Origin: Octopus bimaculoides
Taxonomy: Eukaryota
NCBI RefSeq assembly: GCF_001194135.2
Contig: NC_068995.1
Span: forward strand, 24,530,575-24,594,574
Direction: 5' to 3'
DNA length: 64,000 nt
Part shown: positions 39,157 to 51,478 of the stretch, in pieces
How positions within the stretch are numbered: the first letter of the stretch is position 1
Layout: the number at the start of each line of letters is the position of its first letter
The notes under the pieces: model-generated
What the model was told of the DNA's origin: nothing
What the model saw: only the letters and a program-made list of their open reading frames with translations
The model's database searches: none
Translations under genes and position numbers: made by a program

Positions 39157-39437
39157 TAATAATAATAGTAATAATAATTGTAATAATAGTAATGATGATA
39201 AGCCTGAAATTTTGTTGGGGAAGGCTAGTTGATTGCATCATCCACAATACTGGATTAGTACTTATTTTACTGACCCTGAAAGGATGAAAAGCAAAGTTGA
39301 CCTCTTGTCCTGTTGGGGTCGATAAAATAAGTACTAGTTAAGTTTGAGTATTGGGGTTCATGTGACTGACTTACCTACATCTTCCAAAATTTCAGGACTT
39401 GTGCCTATAGTAGAAAGGATTATTATTATTATTATAT
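39106..39437. mobile_element. Back-to-back 3' halves of SINE family A with outward (AAT)n/(ATT)n tails
   Basis: Minus half 39203-39304 joined directly to plus half 39305-39437. Confidence 0.75.
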
Positions 39438-40370
39438 AGATCAATCCTAACTTAATTTGATTTAAAATCTTTTTTCAAGTACATCATCACAGGAATTTGA
39501 AAGGACACAAATTGCTGTTTTGATCTTTTAGTATCATAGAGCTCAATTTAAAACCCTATAGAAATACTTCTAAAAATATCCTGTAAAATAAGAACACACA
39601 AGTCCCCATCACCAAAAAACAAAAGGCTGGAGAAAAATACCTCAGGAAAGTATTCTGCATACTAAATACACATATGGTACAGTCTTGCATATGTAATATA
39701 GTTGAACAACCTGGAGATTGTTCATACAATTAGTAGGTGAAAACTTCCTCAAGGAATCTTTAAAATATAAAAACAAAAAGCCAAGCTGATAACTCCAGTT
39801 ATAAAAGCCAACTGGAATTTTTGCAAAATAGAGATATAATTTTTCTTGTTTGAGGCTAAAATGTGAAAGCAACAGACATATTTTGAGCTTACTAGATTTC
39901 CTCAATAAAGAATATCCTACTTTGCTGGCAGAACTTAGATGTGATCAATATGTAAAGAAATAGAAGGAATGCAATGATGTTGATTATAAATATCAACAAT
40001 ATAACGAAGAGTAAACACTGCACTTGTGATGGTTACAGATCAAGAGCAGTCTGTGATGGTTTTGGATTTTAATTAATTCCTGGAAGGAGTTTGTTGATAG
40101 TCATAACCAGTATCAATACATTATCTCTCCTTGATCATTTAACAGGCTTATCAACAGAATAGTATTTGCTTTACTGAGAAGGCTCAATAAGATTGAAATA
40201 TGACCATTGCTTACACCTAATGGCTTTAAAAATAGGAGCCATTCTATCCACATGATCTTTATTTCTCAAAAATATTAGCTAAGCAAAGAAAATAATTCTC
40301 TCCTAACTCTGATGAGATATATTCAAATCAGATTCTGGAATAAATATTATATATATATATATATATATAT

Positions 40371-40442
40371 NNNNNNNNNNNNNNNNNNNNNNNNNNNNNN
40401 NNNNNNNNNNNNNNNNNNNNNNNNNNNNNNNNNNNNNNNNNN
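40371..40442. other. Assembly gap (N)
   Basis: Run of N. Confidence 1.
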
Positions 40443-41256
40443 ATACATACACACACAAATGCACATACATTATACATCATCATTATCATCCGTTTTCCAT
40501 GGTAGCATGGGTTGGACCACACATATACACACACATGTGCATGTATGTATAGAAATATGTGTAATCTTTCATAACTTATGAAATATTTATTTGAAGAGAC
40601 AAACAAGTAAAGAGTTACTACTCTTTGGTAATTCTAAGACTGTAAAAAAAAAAGAAAAGAAAAGAAATATAAAAAAATGGTTTTAATATATTTTAGAAGT
40701 ACAAGATACCTGGGAGGTCAATAAAGTTTAGATACAATAGATACATTAGGTATGGAATGTTGACTGTTAATAAGTCACTGTTTTGTTACTTTTAAATGTT
40801 GGTATTTTAAAGAATTTGGTATATGGAAATATGCAATTTAAATCTCTTTGTAGGTTAAACTAGTCCTATGACAAACAAATTACACATACATTGTATATAC
40901 ATGTGGGTGTGTGTGCATATATCATCATCATCATCATCATCATTTAAGACATCCTACCAATGGAAGCAACCATTGGTTTCATTTTTACATTGTGAACATT
41001 AATGATTATTATTTAACAAATTATTCATTCATTGATTAGTTTGTTTGGTTTATCAAAAGTTTTCATCATATATCTGTGGTCTTCTCAGTAACTTGATTTC
41101 CATTTCTGCACCTGATTTTTATTTCTTCTTGCGTTTGTTATTTGTATGTTGTCAAGCATTTGTGCATGTGATGTTTATGTGAGTGCATGTATGTGCGTGT
41201 ACTTTGTTTCTGTTCTTATTTTCATTTTATTTGTTTTCGCTTTTTATAACATGAGT

Positions 41257-41338
41257 GTGTGTTGTGTATGTATGTGTAATAGAGGAGGTGGTAGTGTGTT
41301 GTGTATGTATGTGTAATAGAGGAGGTGGTAGTGTGTTG
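41257..41338. repeat. 37-bp tandem duplication (2.2 copies)
   Basis: gtgtgttgtgtatgtatgtgtaatagaggaggtggta twice, exact. Confidence 0.95.
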
Positions 41339-41339
41339 G

Positions 41340-42690
41340 TATACTATTTTTGAAGGTTTGCATTCTTTGTCCAGTAATATTATCAATTCAGTAACGTTTC
41401 ACAATATTCGATCATTTGAATGTAGAAATAATGTTTAACTTTGTTTAGTTGTCTATATTTTTTAATGGCATGTTAGTAAAGTATGTTACTTTGTATCATA
41501 TTCACACCAGTGCTCACCAATTCTTTTGCTTATACTGTGGGCTGTTTCTCTTATATAGGTTGTGGTTGGAGTGTCATTGCACTGCTCTTTCATGCACCTA
41601 GTTTACAGTTTATTTGTGGGTTGGTTGTGCACACTCTGCAGTTGTTGATGCAAAGTCTTGCTTTTTAAATAGATATGACTTACTAATGATGAAATGGAGC
41701 TGCCATTTATTTTTTGTTACTGTAATTTTCAGTTTTCTTCTCAAGCTGTGGTCTAGTACCTCTTGGAAATAGCTTCAATAAACATTGCAATTTGGAATTT
41801 CTGATTATACCATTAGCCTGTCTTGTCTATTTATTTTTTCGATTCTGTGGGGCACACTCCATTTGTATAATTGTTACTGAAAGCTTTGAACCTTTCCTAT
41901 ACTCTTCTATATGTACTAATGAAACCTTGTGTATGCTTTTGCATTTTTTAGGGTTAATGCAGTTGGGATGCATTTATCACCCACTTTACTGTTTCTGAAA
42001 TGATTTTGTTAATTTTTACATTTGTAAATGTAGTGAAACTCCCATGGACTAGGTGGTTAGTGTTTACAGATTTCACATAAGAGAAGTTGTTTTTTGTCAT
42101 GAATAATTTCCAGTCATAGTTTAGAAGCTAGAAAAAGTAGTTGTTTGTTGGGGTGATTGGACGCATAGCTACTGGTCACCTTGATGCTCTGGAGATGAAA
42201 TTTTCTCTGTGTTGGATGCTTTCCATAGTGATTTTTTCCTAATTTTTGGATGTCAGCTTGTGTCATTATTTTAAGTAAAAGGTATATATCATCTACATTT
42301 TGAGAGTACATCATCACAGATATGGATCTCTTTGTTAGGAACTGAATTGCTTATTCTGGCATACCATGAATAGGTTGGCTATGTCTTGACATTGAGAAAG
42401 ATAACATCACTAATGTAAATCATATCTCCACTCATATTTACTGTAAAATCAATATCGTTTGTTGCATATATGGTTACTACACCAATGCTACCTATAATGC
42501 AATCTGCAAGTTTGTATGAATGGTCAATATACCAAAGTCTTCAGTGCCACTGCAGACATTTGGAAACATCTCTATTCATGAATGTATGATCACTGACATG
42601 AAACATGACAACTAATAGTTGCTGGAGATATTCATTTATAACCTCAATATCAAGTTGGTGGGCTACCATCGTTCTGTTTCTCTGTTATAT
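41340..42690 (-). mobile_element. Decayed Penelope-like element: RT + Cys-rich linker + GIY-YIG endonuclease
   Basis: Minus strand: LWYIDH (42537-42520, decayed YIDD), IDFTVN...KT*PTYSWY, CINNCRVC (41652-41629), QCNDTPTTT-YIRETAHSISKRIGEH (YIRET at 41557-41543). Confidence 0.78.
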
Positions 42691-42704
42691 ATATATGGCG
42701 GTGG

Positions 42705-42881
42705 CACGTAAAAGCACCCACTACACTCTCGGAGTGGTTGGCGTTAGGAAGGGCATCCAGCTGTAGAAACTCTGCCAAATCAGATTGGAGCTTGGTGCGG
42801 CCATCTGGTTCGCCAGTCCTCAGTCAAATCGTCCAACCCATGCTAGCATGGAAAGCGGATGTTAAACGATGATGATGATGA
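42705..42881 (+). mobile_element. Young RTE-LINE 3' tail with (GAT)n
   Basis: CpG-rich and intact: gtggcacgtaaaagcacccactacactctcggagtgg...gttaaacgatgatgatgatga. Confidence 0.88.
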
Positions 42882-43967
42882 TATGCCTTAAAATTTGTTT
42901 AAATTCATTCTAGCAAGTGTAAATATTGCTTCTCTTTCCTCAACTGCATATGGTGAGATGCAGAATCTGTTATTGAATTGCAGGTTAGTAGGGTCTATGC
43001 ATTTCCTATAATATGACAATCACAGAAGTTGAAAAAAGAGGGAGTGTAAGTAGTTATCAGTATTACTGTCCTCAGTGTCAGTCGTGTTTATAGAATTAGT
43101 TTTAATTAAACTGGTTACTGAGGGAGTGAAGGTTGGACTTAAGGCTAGAACCAGAGTTGTCAGATTGATTAATGCTAAAAAATCAAAAAAATCAAATGGC
43201 AACTAGTGTGTTTGATATTGGCAGAATGACCTTCCTAAAGCACAATGTGTGTACATAGGTGTGTGAGTGTGTTGTGTGCGCATGTGTGTGTGTACATATA
43301 CATATATTAACAAAAGCAGCAACACAGTTGTTTTGAATAAATGTGTATATGAAATCATATACAATATATTTAATAAACATATAAATGTAAATAACATTAC
43401 ATGAGTAAGAAGTTGTTTATATTTTTCCAAAACAAGAGTTACTCTTTGCAAATTCATTAGCCGGGAGCTGAGGTTGAAAGGCCTTGATAAGTCTTAAAAA
43501 TATTAAACATAGGTCAGTCAATTCTTCAATGTTTGACTACTAAACAATCTTGCTCACTGTATAATTTCACAGCATGACTTAAATATATGTTTATTGAACA
43601 TGTTGTGTATGATTTTATACATGCATTTACACACACACACACATAGATATATGTATTTATACATGTGTGCAGTGTTCATACATATATATATATATGCATA
43701 TGTGTGTATATACATATCTATATATATATATGCATGCATATGTGTGTGTATATATATATATACACACAAATATATAAATACATACACACACATATACAGG
43801 CATATTTCCCATTTTACCAAACAAGCTGAGTTTCATATCAACAAAAAAGTTACTAGCAATGGAAGCAAGCAAGAATAGCTATGACAGTATGGTACAGTTG
43901 AGGGTTTCAACATTTTTTTTTTTCCTGATCTCATCTGCTGTACACATGCTGAACTTGAAATCGCACA

Positions 43968-44006
43968 GTTGGGTGTGATTAGCTTGTTGGGTGTGATTAG
44001 CTTGTT
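43968..44006. repeat. 18-bp tandem duplication
   Basis: gttgggtgtgattagctt twice, plus gtt. Confidence 0.95.
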
Positions 44007-44814
44007 CATTGCTCGAAGCCTATGCCAGTGGGAAGCTGTTTTCACGTGTCAAATCATATATAAAATATAGAAGGTGTATGTATATGTGTGTGTATGTATA
44101 TCTATATAAACACATAGACACATAAACACACAGTGTACACATCTTATATTATATATGTTAAGGGATATAAAAAGTGTTCAGTATTTCAATCTTCATCACT
44201 GTAAAGTATATTTACCTATTACAAGCATGGGCATTAGCAAAAACAGAATATTCTGAGTAATATGTACTATTATAGTTCTTTCAAAGTACATTAAATATTT
44301 TTGTAAGCTCTTAGAATCTCATGTTTGAAAATAATTTCTTTCCCTTCCTTTCCGACCAGAAGATGAAGAAGACATTACGACTGAGAGGTGTAAATCATTT
44401 CAAAATAACCTATAAAGATATTATCCAGGCAAATGTTTTTAAACATCCTTGTGGATAAATTAAAAATCACCACATGCACAGATGCTCTAATATATATATA
44501 TATGTTTGTGTGTGTGTTTATATATATATATATATATCTATATATATATATATATATATAAAACAGTATAGTTGTTATGAAGCATTGTCTCATATATATA
44601 AATCTTTTAAATATTTTTTTAAAACACGAAACAATGCAAGTTAAACAACTAAAAAATACAGGTTGATGGTTAGTTCTATTATCTGGTACTTCAATATTTC
44701 AGGATTAAGTAGAGTCTTAATCATAAAATATTGAAATACCAGATAATAATACTAACCATCAACCTGTATTTTTTTAAACTTTTATTGTTTTGGCTTAAAA
44801 GAAAAAGGAGTTAT

Positions 44815-44913
44815 ATTTATATATATATAGACATATATATCAAGACACACACACACATACATATGTACATATATGTGTATAAATATAAACACAGACACAT
44901 ACATGTGTACATA

Positions 44914-44954
<41 letters not shown>

Positions 44955-45079
44955 TGCATATACATATATATATATATATACACATATATACATATATATA
45001 CATATATATATATATACACATATATACATATATATATATACACATATATACACATATATACATATATATATATACATAC

Positions 45080-45168
<89 letters not shown>

Positions 45169-45310
45169 CATATATGTAAAAACACGCACACATATGTATA
45201 TGCATAAATATATATAGAGACATACATACACTTGGCTTAACATACATCCAGATACATGTTAAACATACATCTACCCACACACACATACATATATGTATGT
45301 ATGTATAAAA
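44815..45310. repeat. Compound (TA)n/(CA)n microsatellite; source of several spurious ORFs
   Basis: Direct reading. Confidence 0.98.
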
Positions 45311-46093
45311 TCTACACATAGCCCAGAGTAAATAATAAGCAAATTTTCCTGGAGAATTGAAGTAAATCTATCATTCAATTGTTAATTTTTGGAATGGTTG
45401 CATTAGAAAGTATTTGTTTTTAGTAAAATCAAGCATCTTCAGTTGTGTTAGCAATATGTACAGAAGTTACTATGCTTTATATATAAACCATGTGCATTCA
45501 TGTAGGCTTAAGATTTTTGATTTATTAATTTACAAAACTTTATTGAAAAAAAAAGATGAATATGAAAGATAACATTTCGACATTCACACAAAATTTCATA
45601 CAGATGCATGCTTAAGGGTATATATATATATACATACTCACACACACACACGCATACATGTGCACATACACAAAATGTATTTATTTACAAGATTTACAAG
45701 TAGTATAAATGAATACGTGTACATTTTTACACATACATACATTACACATGTATGCATAAACTATATGTAAATACCCATTACAAACATACATCGTAATTGA
45801 ATGAGAAAGAGAGGGTGAAAGAGAAAGAATGAAAAAGAAAAAATATAATAATCAAGCAGCAGTATATATCGAAAGAGGAAACTTAAAACATTTTTCTCTC
45901 ACTATATATATATATATATTACATACATATATGTATAATATAAATTTACACATGCATATATATATCCACATATATATATGCATACATATATACACATATA
46001 CATGCATATATACATATAGACATACATATATTCATATATACATACATATATATACACATATATTCATATATACATACATGTGTGTTGTTACAT

Positions 46094-46819
46094 TTGGGGA
46101 TGATCAGCTTTTGCCAATGAGACACTGTTTATTTGATCTTCACTTTGTTATAATTATTATTTTTCAGTTCTTTCATTACACATTCTGTTACCTCTTCAGC
46201 AACATTTTGTCCCATATATCTCCTCTTCTCTCTGGTCTTGTCCTATCTATTCTATTTTGTCTTTCTGTGGTATGTAGCCCTATCTGCACATGCATTTACA
46301 TCTATATCTGTGTGTGTTTATGTGTTTATTATGCGTGTGTGCATGTATATGGGTTTCTACCCATGTCTCTTATTTATTTATTTTTCTTTTCTCATCTTGT
46401 TTTTAGTCATCAGGTTATGTAGTGAGGTGGAGTGGGGGAGTACACACAGTTTCTCCAATGTACGTCATTATCCTTTTTCTGTGCTGTCCCCCTCTAAACC
46501 TTAAACTATAGACTACATTCCTATAAATAAAAACCATGGGTACAAACAATGTAATATACAAATCCACATACATGCACACAAGACACACACAAATACACAT
46601 ATACATGCATAGATAGGAATACATATCGCAAAAAGACAAAATGGAATAGGCAGTACAAGACTAGAGAGAAGAGGAGACATGAGGGACAGAAAGTCTCTGA
46701 AGAGATAACAGAATGTGTGTGATGAAAGAATTCGGACAAATGAATAATAATAATAAAGCTAAAGTGAAGATAAAATAAATAGTGCATGTGTTTAATGGGC
46801 AAACGATGATCATCCCCAA
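46094..46819. repeat. Long imperfect inverted repeat (arms ~46094-46378 and ~46524-46819, spacer ~145 bp)
   Basis: ttggggatgatca / tgatcatccccaa at the outer ends; shared blocks acacattctgtta, tctcctcttctctct, ttttgtcttt, tacccatg in opposite orientation. Confidence 0.9.
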
Positions 46820-46885
46820 GTATACCAATATCTGTTTCAACATAAGATTTCACATCAAGAATCCTGCAAAACAAATACATAAATG

Positions 46886-46932
<47 letters not shown>

Positions 46933-47862
46933 TAAAATCATACAGGCATACAAATGTTGAGATAGTTAAATATTGGAAATCTTGTGATAAAGTACTTCAT
47001 ACTTTTAAAGTTTAACATTCCCCTATGTTCTATATATATTAGCATGTATAGAGCATTTTATACCAGTTACATGACCATTAGACAAAATCATAGTTACATA
47101 TATGCGCGTGCACACACACATCCATATAATTATTTTTTGTTTCTCTCTCAAATAGATGTTTTCATACATTCACATCATAACCACACTTGACAAAACCAGC
47201 TGTTTTCACATTGGTTCCTACACTAACACACACATGGGTACATCACTGATTTTCCAGAAGCTGATGGTACAGAACCTCTAAATCACAAAACCATTTTTGG
47301 AATTGTCAAGACCATTGATTCATTTACAGATTAACCAATGATGATATAGTGTAAAGTACATATTCTAATTGTTTGTAAATGATGATTCCTTGATTCTAGA
47401 TGTCCTTAAATTAATTTGCTTAACCTTAGCTATAAATGCTCAAATTAGCTGTGTTGTGAAGCATAAATCTAGTCAGTGTTAATACAAGATAACTATACTC
47501 ATCTTCTTGTATTTAATTCAATCATCAAGTTCATATTAGTGATTATTAAATACATGTTTCTAGTTAGCCATAGTGCATAAAAAAAAAAAGCTTGTGTCTA
47601 AGTAGAGAGTCATAAATGTATTGTGAAAATATGCAAGCTATGTTAGTCTAATAAATAAAGCAAGGCTTTGGAATCAAGGATGCTAGAAAATCAGTGGTGG
47701 ACAACAGTAAACCATTTATACAACATATACCATTAAAGAAAACAGCTAAACACTTATTGCAAAAACATGTTAAAGTTTGGAGAGAAATTTTTATATATTA
47801 GGAAGTTTCCATTTTCTTTTCCATTTACTTCAATTGTATGCATAAAAAATTGTTTTTGTTGT

Positions 47863-47868
47863 TTTATT
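47863..47868 (-). promoter_or_regulatory. First canonical AATAAA downstream of the TPR stop (possible polyadenylation signal)
   Basis: TTTATT on + strand, about 260 nt past the stop; such hexamers are common in AT-rich DNA. Confidence 0.3.
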
Positions 47869-48124
47869 TAAAGGGAAAAAAAAATTGAGAAAAGGGAAAT
47901 ATATCATGATAATATGAGAATGAAATTCCAAGTGTACCTACAACATGAGCCATCAGCTGCCAGATTAAAAAAAAATATTTCAGGCACAATATTTTACAAA
48001 AATTAGTTTGCAATAATCTGGCAACAATTGTTTTTGTTGTTGTTGTTGGAGGGAATCAGAGCAGATTGATAGTTAAAAAAAAAAAATTAAATAAGAGGTT
48101 AACAAAAAATTGTATATCACAGGA

Positions 48125-51100
48125 TTAGTTGAAAATGTCTTGTAGTTCTGTATCTGATAATTCCAGATAGTTTGGTGTTAGCTGGCAATTTGAGAAAGGT
48201 GAGATACAATCATATGAATATTCTTCAAACTCTACCCCAGCACTTTTCAGCATAGTAATAATGGCTCGCTGTAGTGTGGTGAGAACGAGAAGACATAAAC
48301 AGATACAGTAATTGTCCATTGCAAGGAAGTATTCTGGTTGCATTATTGCTGCCTCAAAAAAAGAGAGGGCTGCTTCCTCATATAGAGACAACTCCATAAG
48401 GGAATATCCTAGAAGGGAATGAAGGAGAGGGTCTTGAAATAAGTATGCTTCTTCCATGAGAAGTAGGATATACTTTTCTGCTCCATCAGCACAATTCATC
48501 AACCGGTTGCAAAGAATTAGTAAGTAATATGCCAAAGATGATGCTGGAAGTACCACTTCTTCCTGGGCATCAACCTCCTCTTGAAGAAGTTCAGGTAGAG
48601 TTACTTTCTCCAGTCCACCATACACAATGTTTGGAAATGGGATTTGGAGTTTCAAACAATCTTCTAAATATAATATAGCATCATCGTAGTTTCCTTGGCT
48701 GTACAAGAAATTGGCATATTTTACACAAACACAATGATTCATTTCCATTGTGAGAGCATCTTGGAAGCATTGCTCTGCTCTCAAAATCATCTCAAGTTCT
48801 TGTTCAATGTCTTCACAAATACAAGCTTTCACATAGCACATTGTAGCCAAATTTCCAAGAGTTTCACACATTTCTGGTTCAAGTTTTCCATGGATTTCCT
48901 TATAGATTTCGATACACTCATTATAGGACTCAATAGCCTTTTCAACATCCCCTGCTACAGAATGCATTTGGCCAAGTTGCTTTAACGTACTGACCAGGTC
49001 ACCTTTAATATCTTCTTGTAAAATATCCTGAATATCTCGTGCTTGTTCTAAATAGTGAACAGCATTCTGGTACTGTCTCATGCTAATATGTGCATCTGCA
49101 GAACGGCTTAGCAATTGATTGTGCAAGGCCATATCTTCAGAGCTCTGGTTTGGATCAAAATCTTCCTGATTATCCTTGTCATCAGCAAGAATGAGAGCTT
49201 CATTGTAGAAATCAAGTGAGGTTTTGTAGTCATATTGTGCAAAATAACAGTCACCTAGAATCTGTAAAATTCTCATATGTTGCCTTTTGTCAGCAGAATC
49301 TGTGGACAACATTAATGACCTGCCTAAAGAGAGGTATTTAATGGCTTTGTGTTGTAAATTAAGCACATTATATGAGTTTCCAAGGACATATAATGTCTGG
49401 CAAACCAACCAGAACTTATGTTTTGGAAGAGTAGACAATGTATTTTGATAAAGGTTAGAGAAAATTTCAAAAGCTTGAAAACAAACAGACACACATTTGT
49501 GGTAATATTTCAATTTGTAGTACGTTATTCCAAGTAATGAAAGAATCAGGCCAACAAAAAAATTTTGTCCCGACAATCCATACGCATACCTAAGCATTCT
49601 ATAGGCCAGTTCAAACACAGAGACAGTGCGTGGGTAGACATGTAGCATGAAACTCGAAACGCCTAACATAAGCAAAACATGGGCATTCTCTAAAAACAGT
49701 GCTCTCCCAGCTGATTGACCACGAGAATTGAAAAGGGTCCATGATTTTTCGAAACAAATGAGTGCTTCATTGAATTCTTTCATCATAAAATGGCAATCCC
49801 CAAGTTTGAGATAGGATTTGGCAAGGACATCTGTTTGTTTCTCATCACGCTGAGGTATCTCATCTAGTATACTTATTGCTTCCTCAAAACAAGACATTGC
49901 TTCTTTGACATTTTTATCATCCATCTTTGTACTTTCATTCATACTTTCATTATTATTTTCAGTTTGAGAAGTCTGACTCGATGAGGTTTCATTATCAGGA
50001 TCAGAGAATTCTTTTTCAAAAGACTCAGCAATCACTGCAATGATATTGTCAAAGAACGACTCATCATTCCACTTCTCAACAATATACCCATTTCCAAGTT
50101 CAAACATTAGAACAGACACTTCACTGTTAACTCCATCCTCCCCAAGTTCACGGCACATTTGTAACCCTTTCTTGAGCATTTTCAGTCCAACTTCTCCTTT
50201 GCTGAGTTTGCATTTCAACATACCTAAATTTTTCATTACATTAGCCTTTAACTTCATCACAGACACACTGGAATCTTGAATTTCAAAGAGAATAATATAA
50301 ATCTGTTCATATAGTGCTTCAGCTTTAGTAAAGTCTTCCTCTTTTGCTAATCTCTCTGCAAGTTTGATTAAAGAACGTACAATAGTGAGACTAATGCTGT
50401 GTTCATGCAAGGGAGAAATCAGTTCAGACATATCAGCCAACCTTTGCTTCTCATCAGAAAGTTCAGTGTCTATAATAAACTCACAGTCATTATTTTGAGA
50501 CTTCACATGTGGCGACATCTGGATAACTGTGTCAAACTTGTAATTTTTACGCTCTTCCAAAAAGAAGTCCCATCCCTCAACATTGACATCACTAGAGGCG
50601 AGCTCGTATGATAGGGAATACTGGCGGACAGGAGAGTTAACATCTGAAAGCTCTTTAATATTTCCTATGTCCCGTACTTCCTCAACATCAAGGTAGAAGA
50701 CATCTTCAAATTCTTTCTCGTTGTTGTTATTTTCGTTAACTGGAGAAATTGGTGATTCAAAGTTGTTCATTTCTTCTTCAACTTTCTCAGAGAGTCGCTC
50801 AACAATTTCTTTGAAGTTTTTGTTATGTAAGCGATCTCGGCAGTACCGCCAAAATTTTGTAAGCCATCGTAACCTTTCAGCAAAGTTATCCTTGTCTGAC
50901 TTTGCCTCATTTGAAACAAAACATGGCATCCCAGGAAACAGGTTCTGACGAGGCATGCTTGGTGTCAAGGGGAAATTCTTTGTCTGAATTGATGGTGTTG
51001 AAGCAAATAATGGCCGAAGTGTCTCAATCATCTTTTCTTCATTCTTCAGCCAGTTATAAAGAATACGGCTTTGGTTATCTTCAACTGGCCTTAGTTTTGT

Positions 51101-51478
51101 TGAAATGGATAACTGTTGTTGCTCAAACCAAGCTGTGTCACATGTTTCACCATCTTCACCACGAATAGCTTTATCACAAATTTCTGATGCATTTTGTAGG
51201 AGGGCAATGGTATGAGTGTAAAGCCACTGCTTCTCCATCGGATTGTCTCGACATCTGCGGCTGCGACGTAAACATATTTCAGCAAGATTTACAAGTACAT
51301 TTACCAGGGATTGACGTTGGTCATCTGGACTACATAATGCCTGTTGATGCAGACGCAAGAACATGTGCTCAGATTCATCCAGTTGGTATTCATTGAGCAA
51401 TTTTGTTGCGTTATCGAGAGAATCAGGTAATTCAACTTTCTTGACATTATCTTTAAGTGACACCTCAGCAGCAGTTTT
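48125..51478 (-). CDS. Terminal giant exon (3354 nt, 1117 codons + stop) of a large tetratricopeptide-repeat (TPR) protein
   Basis: Uninterrupted ORF with many TPR-like helix pairs (LAKSYLKLGDCHFMMKEFNEALICFEKS; LQILGDCYFAQYDYKTSLDFYNEAL; LKQLGQMHSVAGDVEKAIESYNECIEIY; KYANFLYSQGNYDDAILYLEDCL). The ORF-track start is a GTG. A minus-strand acceptor (ctctgtttcag, AG at 51480-51479) lies 15 nt upstream in phase 0 and adds KTAAE; an in-frame TGA at 51493-51491 closes the frame inside the intron. Confidence 0.92.
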   Translation of the reverse strand, partial: KTAAEVSLKDNVKKVELPDSLDNATKLLNEYQLDESEHMFLRLHQQALCSPDDQRQSLVNVLVNLAEICLRRSRRCRDNPMEKQWLYTHTIALLQNASEICDKAIRGEDGETCDTAWFEQQQLSISTKLRPVEDNQSRILYNWLKNEEKMIETLRPLFASTPSIQTKNFPLTPSMPRQNLFPGMPCFVSNEAKSDKDNFAERLRWLTKFWRYCRDRLHNKNFKEIVERLSEKVEEEMNNFESPISPVNENNNNEKEFEDVFYLDVEEVRDIGNIKELSDVNSPVRQYSLSYELASSDVNVEGWDFFLEERKNYKFDTVIQMSPHVKSQNNDCEFIIDTELSDEKQRLADMSELISPLHEHSISLTIVRSLIKLAERLAKEEDFTKAEALYEQIYIILFEIQDSSVSVMKLKANVMKNLGMLKCKLSKGEVGLKMLKKGLQMCRELGEDGVNSEVSVLMFELGNGYIVEKWNDESFFDNIIAVIAESFEKEFSDPDNETSSSQTSQTENNNESMNESTKMDDKNVKEAMSCFEEAISILDEIPQRDEKQTDVLAKSYLKLGDCHFMMKEFNEALICFEKSWTLFNSRGQSAGRALFLENAHVLLMLGVSSFMLHVYPRTVSVFELAYRMLRYAYGLSGQNFFVGLILSLLGITYYKLKYYHKCVSVCFQAFEIFSNLYQNTLSTLPKHKFWLVCQTLYVLGNSYNVLNLQHKAIKYLSLGRSLMLSTDSADKRQHMRILQILGDCYFAQYDYKTSLDFYNEALILADDKDNQEDFDPNQSSEDMALHNQLLSRSADAHISMRQYQNAVHYLEQARDIQDILQEDIKGDLVSTLKQLGQMHSVAGDVEKAIESYNECIEIYKEIHGKLEPEMCETLGNLATMCYVKACICEDIEQELEMILRAEQCFQDALTMEMNHCVCVKYANFLYSQGNYDDAILYLEDCLKLQIPFPNIVYGGLEKVTLPELLQEEVDAQEEVVLPASSLAYYLLILCNRLMNCADGAEKYILLLMEEAYLFQDPLLHSLLGYSLMELSLYEEAALSFFEAAIMQPEYFLAMDNYCICLCLLVLTTLQRAIITMLKSAGVEFEEYSYDCISPFSNCQLTPNYLELSDTELQDIFN

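Noticed and set aside
43554-46422. YI/HT/CV-rich ORFs, also at 14085, 17964, 24897, 28888, 29732 and 32221
   Set aside because: Translations of (TA)n/(CA)n microsatellites, which lack stops in some frames.
48695-51396. Short ORFs overlapping the TPR exon on either strand
   Set aside because: Shadow ORFs of a real coding region; no independent signals.
51461-51463. GTG as start codon of the 1112-aa ORF
   Set aside because: A phase-0 splice acceptor 15 nt upstream and a matching upstream exon explain the 5' end.
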